Made by a program: the position numbers and the translations under genes. Under the pieces are notes generated by a model. That model saw only the letters and a program-made list of their open reading frames with translations. It made no database searches and was not told where the DNA came from. Of a stretch of 48,657 nt of DNA, positions 28,219-38,737 are shown piece after piece (positions within the stretch are counted from its first letter, which is position 1; every line of letters begins with the position of its first letter). The DNA is taken from positions 1-48,657 of the forward strand of contig JAADVB010000141.1 of NCBI GenBank assembly GCA_023334545.1, read 5' to 3'. The DNA is from Salisapilia sapeloensis CBS 127946. Its lineage: Eukaryota > Protista > Oomycota.

Positions 28219-31200
28219 TTACAAGCTCCGCAGTTCGACTTCATCTTTAGCGGCACGTAACTTTCGAGCACCTTTTGCAGCTATGTTCTGCACCATCGCA
28301 GTCGCTTGTTTTGCTAATCGTTCTCCTGTCGTGTCTTCCAATGCATTCAATATCGACTGCTTATACTTGTGAGCGAATTCCTCTTTCAATATGGCTGCGT
28401 GGTTAATTGGAGGTAAATCGCGTTCTTCCTGAAGCCTGCGCAACCGTTCCACTTCTTCCTTTCTAGCCCTCAATTGCTGCTTTCGAGCTAGCAACCTCTT
28501 TCGTAAGCTGGCGTCACCTTTCTTTAGCAATGCTTTGCGCACGGCTGTGGACAGTGCCATCGTAGACGTAGACGAATGTGGAGCAACTTGTAGTTCCTCT
28601 AATAACTTTTCGACTTCTTCTTTCCACTTTGCGATCTGAGCACGCGTCATTACTACACTATCATCTTGCAAAACTTTTGCAAATGAATTGAACAGATCCA
28701 ACCGGGATCCATGCAATTGAACACAGCGGAGAGCAACGACGTACGCTTTCGCGATAGACAGCCATGGGAAGCAATAGAAGGGTAGCAAAAGTAGATCGGA
28801 GCTCGTGTATGCAGCAGCATTTTGATACACGGTGACACCTCGACTACCGGAGGTACCGCCTATAACTTTCCACTCGATATCTTGGCTGGTTTGAAGAGCA
28901 TCAAGCATGAGCTCTTGTTGGTCTATTGCTTGTTTGTTACGCTCTTTTGCCGTGCCACCATATTTATTCTTATTAAGCTTGGAACTTCTATGCCCATTCT
29001 CACTAGAGTTTATTTCCGTGGCAGGAGTTGATGCTTGATTGAACTTGTCTAGATCAAGAATAATGCCATAGTCATAATTGTCATTTGGAGTTGGTCCGAG
29101 TCGACTGCCAACGCGAAGGACTAGTCGGCCCAAGTCCTTCCCACCTCGAGCATTTTTCACACACACTATAGCTTGAGGCAATGGTACATCAGATGGGATA
29201 CCAACGACATGATCGAATGCAGCGACAGTTAGCTCTCGGTGTCTTCGAAGCATCTCCAGAGTCACGTCAGACCTCTCAGCATCTACCAGTCGACCATTTT
29301 TTGTCATTTTCCATTCTTCCATCCTTTGGAACCAATTCCACAACTTTTGCAGTCTATCATCCATGACGTTAGGACGGAGGAGATCTTTTGTTTCGTCAAC
29401 GACCGTCTCTAAAAGCGCTTGCATTCGTAAAGCTTTTTGAGATACTTTTTGCCCACCAGTTGCAAGGGCTTGAGCATGCTTGTGCTGTTTCCTTTCCAAC
29501 TGCTTCTTTCTTTTCTCTTCAAAAGCACGTATGAGAATAAGCTCCCTCTCTCGGCGCTCTTCTTCCAACATCTCAGCCTTAAACGCGTGAGTAAAGCGCT
29601 GGACGTGAGAAACGTTTGGTACAAGTTTGCGTTGGCAGGCATCCAGAGCTACATGATCTGGTAAGTTGACGATAGCGTAGTGTAGGGCAGTGATTGAAGG
29701 TAGAGATTCTTCTTCCTGAAGATGAAAATTGTTCCGAACATAATTGGAGATCAGGATAGGTGTGCTGTGATCATCCAGCACAGCAACGGAAAAGAGCATA
29801 AATTCTCCTTCGTGGGAAGCTTTCTGTTGTTGCTTTGTGTCCATCATCGATGGCTCTGGTGACTGTAGATGAAAGTCTTCCAGTAGCAGCTCTCCATTTA
29901 CAAGTCCATTCAAAACGTTTGTTGCGCTTTCTATACGCTCATCGAAATAAAACAAGCCCTTCGTCGTTGGTAGAAGGATGTGGACGGAACGATTTGGAAC
30001 GTCTATTTGAGAGCGGTAAAGCTCGTACAAATAAGCGATCGACGACTTGATTTCCAGGCAGAGTGTGGTAATCTAGAAGATAAGCAGTGAGACTATAATA
30101 TGACCTCGTAGAAACCTAGATTCTTACCTCTCCAACTGGTAAAGCTCGGATGTGAAAAGTGACGAATTGTTGCTTCCTATATATGAGCAGATTAAGGAAT
30201 GACTTGAACCAAATAACATTGATTGACTAGGCACTGACATTTTACGATAGCTCGTGATTTCATAGTGATCTTGAAGGACGTTCATGTAATACTCTTCTTC
30301 CAGCTGCTGCTGGTCATCTTCTACCTTGACGTTACTCTTAAGACTTATAAATCCAGGTGTCACAAGCTGCCTTTTTAACTCTTGGTGGCGCCGTCGACGA
30401 TCTTCTATCTCTTGCTGAATTGTCAGTGATGTGCGACGTCGAGAAGAAGCTTTTCGCTGTTGAGCTCGTTCGTATTCCTCTGACGAAAAGATAAAGCATC
30501 CAGGACAGCCAGGAGTTGTTGCAAGACTTCCACACACTAAACAAAGATCGCTTGATGCATTGCTTGTAGACTTTAGTATTAGCTGTAACTCGTTTTCCTT
30601 TTCGGTTCGTAGTCTTCGAGCTACGGCACTCTCCCTTCGTACCTTTGGGCGTTTATCTCTCGCTTGGGACGATGCATCATCGCTTTCATCACTAAAATCA
30701 GCTTCGTCCTGTGGTAACTCAACTTCTTTCAAAGGTACTTTTAAAAAGCAAGAGAGGAAAAAGACTGGAGATATTCTTTGACTGTCGTTTTCTCTGTTCA
30801 TTGTGTATCCTCGACAAGATGGATGACAGTAGGTGTCTTCACGTACGAGTTGCAAGCCACGAGAGACTTTGGGGGCTTGTAGCCAGCGTGGGGTCTGCAT
30901 CGGAATACTCTTCGCATGGGAGTAACCTAGGAAGACAGGTGATAAGGAATCGACCGAAGACACATAGAACTGGTATCCGGCGGCAGCAGGGTTTCTTCGC
31001 TGCGGATGAACAGTATCTCTCTCCAGTCTTCGAAAGACAAGTTCCTCTTCTACTCTCGCTTGCTCATGCCACTGATTGCTATGCTGCATAGACTGCATAA
31101 ATAGCCTCGATGCTTCCTCTCGTGCTTTCACGGCATCCTGTCGACGCTTCGCTTGTTCCCGTTTCCTAAGTCGATCCCGCTCCTTTTTCTCAATCGGAGT

Positions 31201-31359
31201 CAGTCGACGCGGTTGTCGACTGGATTTGCCCTCTTTGTCATTTTTTGCAGAAGTTGCTAATCGATCAGGCACTAGTTGCTTACTATCCACCTCATGCATT
31301 GAACTAGCTCTCCATCTAAAGTCTTCAGCAGTGGAAGATCTAATAATAGTCTTATCCAT
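28219..31359 (-). CDS. Hypothetical ~1000-aa coiled-coil protein with CxxC-x7-CxxC motif, 3 exons
   Basis: ORFs 30124-31359 and 28219-30030 join in frame through introns 30238-30177 (62 nt) and 30127-30073 (55 nt) around a 49-nt exon. It contains CLVCGSLATTPGCPGC and long charged helices. No family recognised. Confidence 0.7.
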
Positions 31360-31597
31360 AGATAACCAATACGAGGAAGAGGTATGGAAGGTAGAAAGTC
31401 AGACTAGAGACAACTGAACCCTTTGTACTGCTCACAACATCATCAATCTCTATCGTATCGATGATGTGATGAAGGAACGTTTGGCAAAGTCGTTTAGGAT
31501 ACAATGAGAAAGTTTGTCATGTACTTGATTACTCTGCTCCAAATGCAAAGTTCACTTCTTCATTTTGTCTGTCAATACGCTACATGCAGACTTGTCG

Positions 31598-33832
31598 TCA
31601 CACTGACTCAAAGGACATGGTGGTCGTAGCTGTCGAAGGCGCGACAGACATTCTAGCTGCAGGTGCAGATGAGACCTTGCCTTGACTATTTCTGTCCTCA
31701 GCACCTCCGCTTGACAAGCGAGCGTCGGACGGTCGAGCAAACATACTCGACGACAGTCCTCTTCCCGAATTTCGTTTCGCTCGCTCTTGATTAATCTCTC
31801 GAATCAGCGCCGTCTGCTCCGCGATCGACTTTTCCACATCTTCCAAGCCCGCTGGCATCGTCTGCGCTCGATTGCGACATACATCCGACAGCGGATTCTC
31901 GGGATCATTCTCTCCCGAGTACACGTAAATCTGTTTTTCATCGATAACGTCCGGAATGTTCGAGCGACGGGTGTCCAGCTCTTCAAACGACATCGGCTCA
32001 TCCTTTTCAGTCTCACTCTTATAGTCCAGCTCTTGGTCAATGGCTAAGAAGTTGTCAAAGTTCAGGTCACTCCCATCCTCTTCGTCCTCTTCATCCCCGT
32101 ACTCCGAATCCGGTATGTCCGTCGCATCACCATCCGACGCACGCATGTCTTCCGAGGCTTCAGGCGGCGTCGCGGCCAGTCCAATGTCATTGTCGTCCAA
32201 TAGCATGATCTTCCGCGGCTGGTTCTTTTCCTTTTCCATCTCCAGATGCTTCCTTCTCAACGCTTCAATCCGTTTCGCATGCTCTTCATCGTCATCATCT
32301 TCTTCCTCGTCATACCCAACGACGAATCCTTCGTTATTACCCGGTGGTCGATAGATGTTTAGTCCGCCCTGTAGCTCTGGTGCCGCGCCATTCGTTTGGA
32401 AAACGTTTAGCAGGCCCTTTCGATCACTTCGTGCTTGGAAAATACACTTCTTACAGAACTTTAGTAAAAAGATACCACACACTTCATTAAGTGTCGGTTC
32501 ATTCGGACGCAAAAAGCGTTGTTTTGCATCATTCTTCTCCGGATCCAACTTGTCTGCATCCCACAATTCACCTCGTGGATTTTCTGGCTCGACCACAGGC
32601 AGTTTCACCATACACTTGGTGCACATGGCTTCTCCACACAAGCGACAGTGATGTCGATGCCTGCGCATGAGTTTAAAGCTTTTGAAGCACACGAAACAGA
32701 CTTTACGCTGTTGCTTTGGTAGTGAAGGATTGGCATAAGTGGGGAGACCAGGGACGGGAGATGAGCCTGGAAAAGGTGCTAGACCCGGTGTTAGGTCCGA
32801 CGCATTCAGACGATTCAATGCAGCGGGGTTCAAGCTACTTTGCTCGTCCTCTTTCGAGCTCGACTCCTTGTCAAAGATGAGTCCTTGCTGGCAAATGAAC
32901 TTTACATCCGGCATGTGCTCAAGCCGGATGAGGCCGGCGGCAAAGTTGGAGAGGACGGCACTGCCAAAGTACGACGGTGTGGACTTACTTTGTGGCATGG
33001 GATCTGTCGATCCATCGATGAAGATCTGAACTGCTTGGAACCGAGTATCGAAGCGATAGACCATCGTAAGCGATATACTAGCACGTACGACGCGATCAAA
33101 GTCCGGTCCGAGGCTTTCGACGAGCGGCACGACGTCTTCACCGACTGGGATCCATGTCTTGACTAGGATCTTTTCACCCAAGTGACCTGTTTCTGAAATG
33201 ATATCAGCTTGCTGCAGACGTGCATCCTCCTCATCGCAATTTGTGTTATTCGTATCTGTCGGATTGGTAGCAGGAGATTCCTCACTCGTATCCATCGTAT
33301 AGGACATTTCAAAGAAAGCATAATCTCTAGGAACACTCATCTTGGTCTTGGTAGACGTTGTAGAGGCTGTCCATTTAATGCCGCAAAAGTTAAACTCGTC
33401 TGCTTCCGTCTTGCCTTCCAAGACTTTCAAGACGCCTCCGTCGAGCATATGTCGGCCCCACGCAGTTGCACACTCGGCGCGATGCTCGATCGTTGTCTCA
33501 GCGGTTGTGCCGTACACAACGTCTTCGAGCGAGAGCCCAGAGACACGTGCGGTGGCCATGAACCGACGGTAGGTAGGAGAGCTGCCTTTGTGAGACCGTC
33601 GTCGGTAGAGCGTCAAGTTGGGCTTGACATGATGGACTTTCCAATCTTCGGGCGGGCCATCGCCGTCAAAGATGTGCTTCGTGCCATACCATGCCGCTGG
33701 CAGTTTATTGACTGTATGCCGAATATTCTCCTTGGCCAACTGCCGCAACTCGGCTTCCCGCTCCGGCGTTAGCGTCGCCTTGGGGTGCTGCGATTGTGGC
33801 AACGGTAGACACAATCGCTTTTGATCGTTCAT
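31598..33832 (-). CDS. START-like + FYVE-like protein #2
   Basis: START-like region (FMATARVSG...LDGGVLKVL...GIKW...PRDYAFFE), then CFVC...RHRHHCRLCGEAMCTKC...CKKC, then an acidic low-complexity tail. First ATG is at 33832. Confidence 0.85.
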   Translation of the reverse strand: MNDQKRLCLPLPQSQHPKATLTPEREAELRQLAKENIRHTVNKLPAAWYGTKHIFDGDGPPEDWKVHHVKPNLTLYRRRSHKGSSPTYRRFMATARVSGLSLEDVVYGTTAETTIEHRAECATAWGRHMLDGGVLKVLEGKTEADEFNFCGIKWTASTTSTKTKMSVPRDYAFFEMSYTMDTSEESPATNPTDTNNTNCDEEDARLQQADIISETGHLGEKILVKTWIPVGEDVVPLVESLGPDFDRVVRASISLTMVYRFDTRFQAVQIFIDGSTDPMPQSKSTPSYFGSAVLSNFAAGLIRLEHMPDVKFICQQGLIFDKESSSKEDEQSSLNPAALNRLNASDLTPGLAPFPGSSPVPGLPTYANPSLPKQQRKVCFVCFKSFKLMRRHRHHCRLCGEAMCTKCMVKLPVVEPENPRGELWDADKLDPEKNDAKQRFLRPNEPTLNEVCGIFLLKFCKKCIFQARSDRKGLLNVFQTNGAAPELQGGLNIYRPPGNNEGFVVGYDEEEDDDDEEHAKRIEALRRKHLEMEKEKNQPRKIMLLDDNDIGLAATPPEASEDMRASDGDATDIPDSEYGDEEDEEDGSDLNFDNFLAIDQELDYKSETEKDEPMSFEELDTRRSNIPDVIDEKQIYVYSGENDPENPLSDVCRNRAQTMPAGLEDVEKSIAEQTALIREINQERAKRNSGRGLSSSMFARPSDARLSSGGAEDRNSQGKVSSAPAARMSVAPSTATTTMSFESV

Positions 33833-34265
33833 GATGCTTTGCGCTTGGGTTGTGAGCACGAACGACTTGATATGCTAGTTAAACTAGGCTGATGCGTGGC
33901 AAGGCACAATCTCGACGATGTGGTGAAAATAGTCGAGTCTCCCTTCTTTGCTATGTGGGCAGTCGATCCTCCGGCTTTCTCCTCCAGTACCAGTGTCCGC
34001 AGGATGGAACGGAGGGAAATGGGCGGTGGAGAAGAATAGAAGGCGCTTGCAACCTGCCTCGAAGGAAAATTAAGTCCTGACGGTTGCAAGAGGCGGCAGT
34101 CTATAAGTGACAAGTACACTTGTTGTCGCTCGCGATGGAGGGCTTAACGATCGGACGCGTCTCTGCGGTCGAAAGCCACCTGGAGTGCCCACGGCACGAG
34201 ACGAGACCAGACGGATTACTTACTCCCGAATCGAAGCGAGTACTCGGTCAAAGTCTACTTGCTAC

Positions 34266-34283
34266 TGCACGTAGTTACGTGCA
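34266..34283. repeat. 8-bp perfect inverted repeat with 2-nt spacer (TGCACGTA-GT-TACGTGCA)
   Basis: Read directly from the sequence. It holds two ACGT cores and lies about 430 bp upstream of the START-FYVE #2 ATG. Confidence 0.8.
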
Positions 34284-34829
34284 CAACAAAGGAACTTGTT
34301 TCTACGATAAGTATCTACTAGTTGTAAAGATACGCAAGAAGAACGGATGAGGAACTAGTACGTATGTGCGTATCTTGAAGAGAAGGATACAAATGTAGAA
34401 GACTGATGTTTATCTAATAGGCACATTCCACTTTCTGCTGACTCGGAACGGAACGACTGCTTTGCACGCACTGACTGGCCATCAAGCGCTGCCTGAACCG
34501 CCATTCTCTACATTTCAAACAGCATGTAAACAAAATTCGGTTCAGTGCATTTGATGGCTACTCCTTCCGCCTCGAAATGTGCAAGAAGCGCCCAGTATCT
34601 TGATGGATTCGACCACCCGATCGCATTGCTTCAAGGATACCTGTATCGAGAATGGCTGCGACACGACTCGGTGGCATCCACTCGAGCACCTCTTCAGGAC
34701 AGGAGGTTGAGATGACTCGTGCATATACGAATACGGATACAAATGTCTCGGCACGTTCGGTTCATTACCAAGTTTTCTAACTCTTGTATCTACCTTTCTG
34801 GGTTACAATTGGACCCACATGAGATGTGG

Positions 34830-36034
34830 CTACTGACTTGTCGGGTCACGATGCTCATCGTAATCACGGGCACAGTAATCAACATGCACGAAAGCGCGTT
34901 CGACGCCCTCCACTCCTTCCACCTTGTACTGCAAGTCGAGACTAATATCATGTGCCTCCTTGACACTCATATCCTTTGGTAGAATCACTTCGACCTCGAC
35001 CAAATAGTTCTTCCCAAAGTAGTACGCCCGAACTATGTCGCCTTGCATCTTCGGATGATGCTTATCAGCCATCTTCCGAATCTGCTCGATGAACTTGTCA
35101 TCTGCTCGTAAACCAACGAGGCGCTGCACTTGCTCCTTGCCCGTGACAAGCCAGCTGAAGGCAATGTAGATGGAAATCACGATCGCTCCGACTGGATCGA
35201 TGTACCAAATGTCATGGTTGTATGCCGCGATCACGGACGTGACAACGGCGACGGTGTTGCTGAATACGTCGTTGCGATGGTCCTACGTAATGGTAAATGA
35301 ATATTGGAAAGAGAAATCGAATAGGAAGGAGGAAGTACTTGAGCCAAGGCCTGGGCAGTTGGAGAAGAAGACGTGAAGCGAGAGCAAAAGAGCCACAAGA
35401 AGAACTTGATGCCAACTGCGCTACACAAGACAATGATCATGGGTTCGTCCAGAGTGATATCTGTCTTTTCCCCCTCTAAACCTTGCACGAGCGTCTCGAC
35501 GGATGCCTGAATGACCTCGATGGCTGCCATGCCCATCAACGTAGCAGAGATGATGACGGCGATAGGCTCCAGGCGTTGTCGACCGGCAGGATAATCCGCA
35601 TCCGGTACCTTTGCATGGCGATCGGCATACCAGAAGAGCCCTTGTGATGTTAGATCTAGTAGAGAGTCTACTAGAGAAGATAGGACGGCGAGAGAGCCAC
35701 TAAAGTAGGCTGCATAAGCCTTTGCTGCTGTAAGTATCTAAAACCAGTAGGATCAGTTATATGTGTAGTAGAAGCATCAAGTAGAACACCATACCATATT
35801 TGCAACGAGAGAGGCATTGATAGCAAAGTTCACGCTATTAAACACGTCATGTGCGACGCGTCGTAGCTCGCCTTCACTCTGTCTATGAACAAGTCCGTGG
35901 GCGACTTGCGATCGGTCCTGTCTATAGAGTTTGGGGCGTCCATTCTGTGCTTCCGTCTGGCTTTGCTGAGCATCGACCGAGCCATAGTCTTTGTCTTGCT
36001 TGCGATGCGTAAGTCCTTGTTCTTCGGAGCTCAT
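34830..36034 (-). CDS. Cation diffusion facilitator, Mn-CDF/metal tolerance protein (MTP8-11-like), 3 exons
   Basis: Spliced product has DSLLD (TM2) and DHRND (TM5), YPAGRQRLEP, and the C-terminal ZT-dimer segment VRAYYFG...EAHDISLDLQ...VERAFVHVDY. An alternative upstream ATG lies at 36070. Confidence 0.92.
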
Positions 36035-36323
36035 CGTCGCACGAAGATCGAAGCTATTGGTATGTGTCATGATAAAGTACCTTTCATGATAGAGGCTGTT
36101 TTTACAAGACATTGACAAATGGTTTGTATGATGCATGTCGGACCTCTTTAGTGCCGCATTTACTATGTGCACATCCTATTTATTTTTCTTGAAACTTTAT
36201 GTGGAGTCGTACATATATATACTGTAGTTTTTATTGTTAACTGCTGGTGAGATAAGACCCATTGCGTCTATTTATCATTCTGCAGGTGTTCAATTCTATA
36301 ACAACAAAAGTGGACAAGAAAAT

Positions 36324-37186
36324 ATGTTTGTGCTCGCGCGTCTGTCGGACGTGATTCCGGTGGAACCAGAGCTTTTTGACGCCGACTATGAGCAAGTATT
36401 AGTGGAAGAAGTGGACCGGAAGTACGCGAACAAGGTCATTGCCGACGTTGGGCTCTGTATTACGCTCTACGACTTTGTCCACATTGGCGATGCTGCTGTC
36501 CATCCAGCTGATGGCACGGCTCATACGCAAGTCGAGTTCCGAATGGTCGTCTTTCGGCCGTATGTCGGAGAGGTATTAAAGGGTCGGATCGTGAGTTGCA
36601 ATGAGGAGCAAGTGCGGGTCACAATGGACTTTTTACAAGACATTATCATCCCATCCTACGCCCTCCAGCAGCCATCTTACTTTGATAAAGCTGAGCAAGT
36701 CTGGGTCTGGAAGTACCCGGATGGAGATGGTAGGTTCTTTAGTATCCCAAACCTGTATCCTCGAGATGAGCTAAAGGTTGCTTAGAAAAATTCTACATGG
36801 ATTTGCACACGGAGGAAATCCGCTTCCGAGTGACAAGTATCAGCTACACCCGAGTCTCGAAAACTTCCAAAGGCATGTATATACCGAAAAGCATCATTAT
36901 AATGGCTTACTTACGCAACACAGGTATCCAGGCGACTACGACGGAAGCAAGTAAGAGTAGCACAACGCAAGATTCAGCGAATCAGTCCGATGCGCGCCAA
37001 GCAGCCGCTCGCCGACGGTTTTCTAGTGTCGACCTTGCGGAGCATGACCCTGCTCCATCTGCTCTTCATGTTTTTGTATGCTTTAATCACACTTTATATC
37101 TTTACTGTTCTCACACGACTCTTGCTGGGATGTAGGGTACCATTGATGAGGATGGACTAGGACTTTCATCCTGGTGGATCGATTAA
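36324..37186 (+). CDS. RPC8: RNA polymerase III subunit RPC8 (Rpc25), probably 4 exons
   Basis: MFVL...KYANKVIADVGLCI...VEFRMVVFRPYVGEVLKGRI...VWVWKY...EEIRFRV...GTIDEDGLGLSSWW*. Confidence 0.93.
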
Positions 37187-37351
37187 AACACATTCAATTG
37201 AAATAGGAAGTGTAGATTTTGTTTTTCACTTTTGCACCGATGCTTTCGATACATTAGCAGCGAACCTATAGCTATACGAGCCTTCTGTACGCTAATGTAC
37301 GATTTATTCTCGAACGTCAGCTTCCTTGTACCACATCCAATCTTCGACGCT

Positions 37352-37546
37352 TTACATAATGCCTGAAGGTTGTTTATGAGAGGCTTCGATCTCGAAACTT
37401 GTGACCATAATCGTGTCAGACTCCATTTGTGCGCTTGTCTCTTTTGCATCCAAATGGCACTGAATGCAACGCTTTATCGCGAACGAGATGGCAGTAATGA
37501 TGAGAAGAGTTGCAATCCAAAGGAAGAAAATGTTCACTTGATCCAT
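37352..37546 (-). CDS. Small single-pass membrane protein (64 aa) with juxtamembrane Cys pair
   Basis: MDQVN + IFFLWIATLLIITAISFAI + KRCIQCH + polar tail. The 3' end could be extended by splicing. Confidence 0.5.
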   Translation of the reverse strand: MDQVNIFFLWIATLLIITAISFAIKRCIQCHLDAKETSAQMESDTIMVTSFEIEASHKQPSGIM

Positions 37547-37731
37547 CCTTTTGCTTGTTGAGAAAGCAGCAAGTGCGATTATGTACTAGCGCAAGCTTAC
37601 TTCCTATATAATATCTCGACTCCTCGACGCTTGGTCACTGCATTGACAGACGATGGAGAGATATCGAATGAAGAGTGAGGCGTTGAAAGACTTGATATTG
37701 ACATGAAACGACTGCTTGAATTATTTTGAAG

Positions 37732-38541
37732 TTACCAGTCGTCACGGATGATGGGTAGCGTGACCGCGAGTATTTCTTTTTTACTGTCCCACACGGCATT
37801 GCTATCGTAACTTCGAACCGAATGCGGCAAACTTAGTGACAGTTTTCTGGGTAAAGATGTTTGTGTTATACTCTCAGCAGAACTTTAGTGAGGAATTAAA
37901 AGGTTATCTTACAACGTAGTTGACTGCAGAAATAGCTTATCTTTTGTAACATCGAGCTCAATCTCGTCCACTTTGTGCCCTGGACATTCAATTCGGACGA
38001 CCATGGCTTCACAATGTGCAGAGGATGGGTCCTTATCACTCAAACCAAGAAATATATCTTCAGCCATCACATCTTGTTTGTATAGAATCTCAAACCTGGG
38101 CAAATGTCAACACTTTGAAGCTACCTATGGCTTAGAAATGAATGATAGATGTACGCTGGTCGTTTTCGGTTCTCATAAAGATTATCTTCCTCGTCATCAC
38201 TCGGTACCTCTTCGATTTGCCATATAGCCTTCGAGTCATGAGACCGTATTTGACCAATTGGCCGTGTCACTACATGATAGTCCGTCGGAATGACTTTAAA
38301 TTTTACTATTACAGCTCAAAGTATATAGCCATACCATTTGGTACTCCAAAACTACTTGTTATATTGGCTGGCGTAGGCTTCCTGGTAGATGCTTGATCCT
38401 ATTCAAGTCACGTGTTCAGTTGTACAGCAAATGAGAAGAAAATAAAAGTTCTATCATTACATGTTCATTTCCATCCATAGCACTTGCTTCCTTCTGGAAA
38501 AGATCATTAAGCGCAAGAATATCATTGCCGATGGGCTCCAT
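37732..38541 (-). CDS. DNAAF6: Dynein axonemal assembly factor 6 (PIH1D3/Twister), 5 exons
   Basis: Spliced product MEPIGNDILALNDLF...AIWQIEEVPSDDEED...FEILYKQDVMAEDIFLGLSDKDPSSAHCEAMVVRIECP...KLSLSLPHSV...WDSKKEILAVTLPII matches the PIH1D3 CS-like domain (recalled). Confidence 0.85.
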
Positions 38542-38737
38542 GCTGCCTATTAAATTCCTGGTTGGTAGTAGATCGATGGAGGGACTCGTGTGTCTCTTCG
38601 CAGCACATACTGAAGTTATCTTGAAGTATGTGGTTTCACACTTTCATCTAAATATATCCTACCTTTGCAAGCTCTTGTTTAAGCCTACATTTGTACAAGA
38701 ACTACAGTTGAAGATTTATCCTGTACGCCTATATAGC

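Noticed and set aside
38525-38737. 71-codon N-terminal extension of the LRR gene given by the ORF track
   Set aside because: It starts at TTG, overlaps the DNAAF6 start codon, and spans the AT-rich divergent promoter. The LRRs begin right after ATG 38738.
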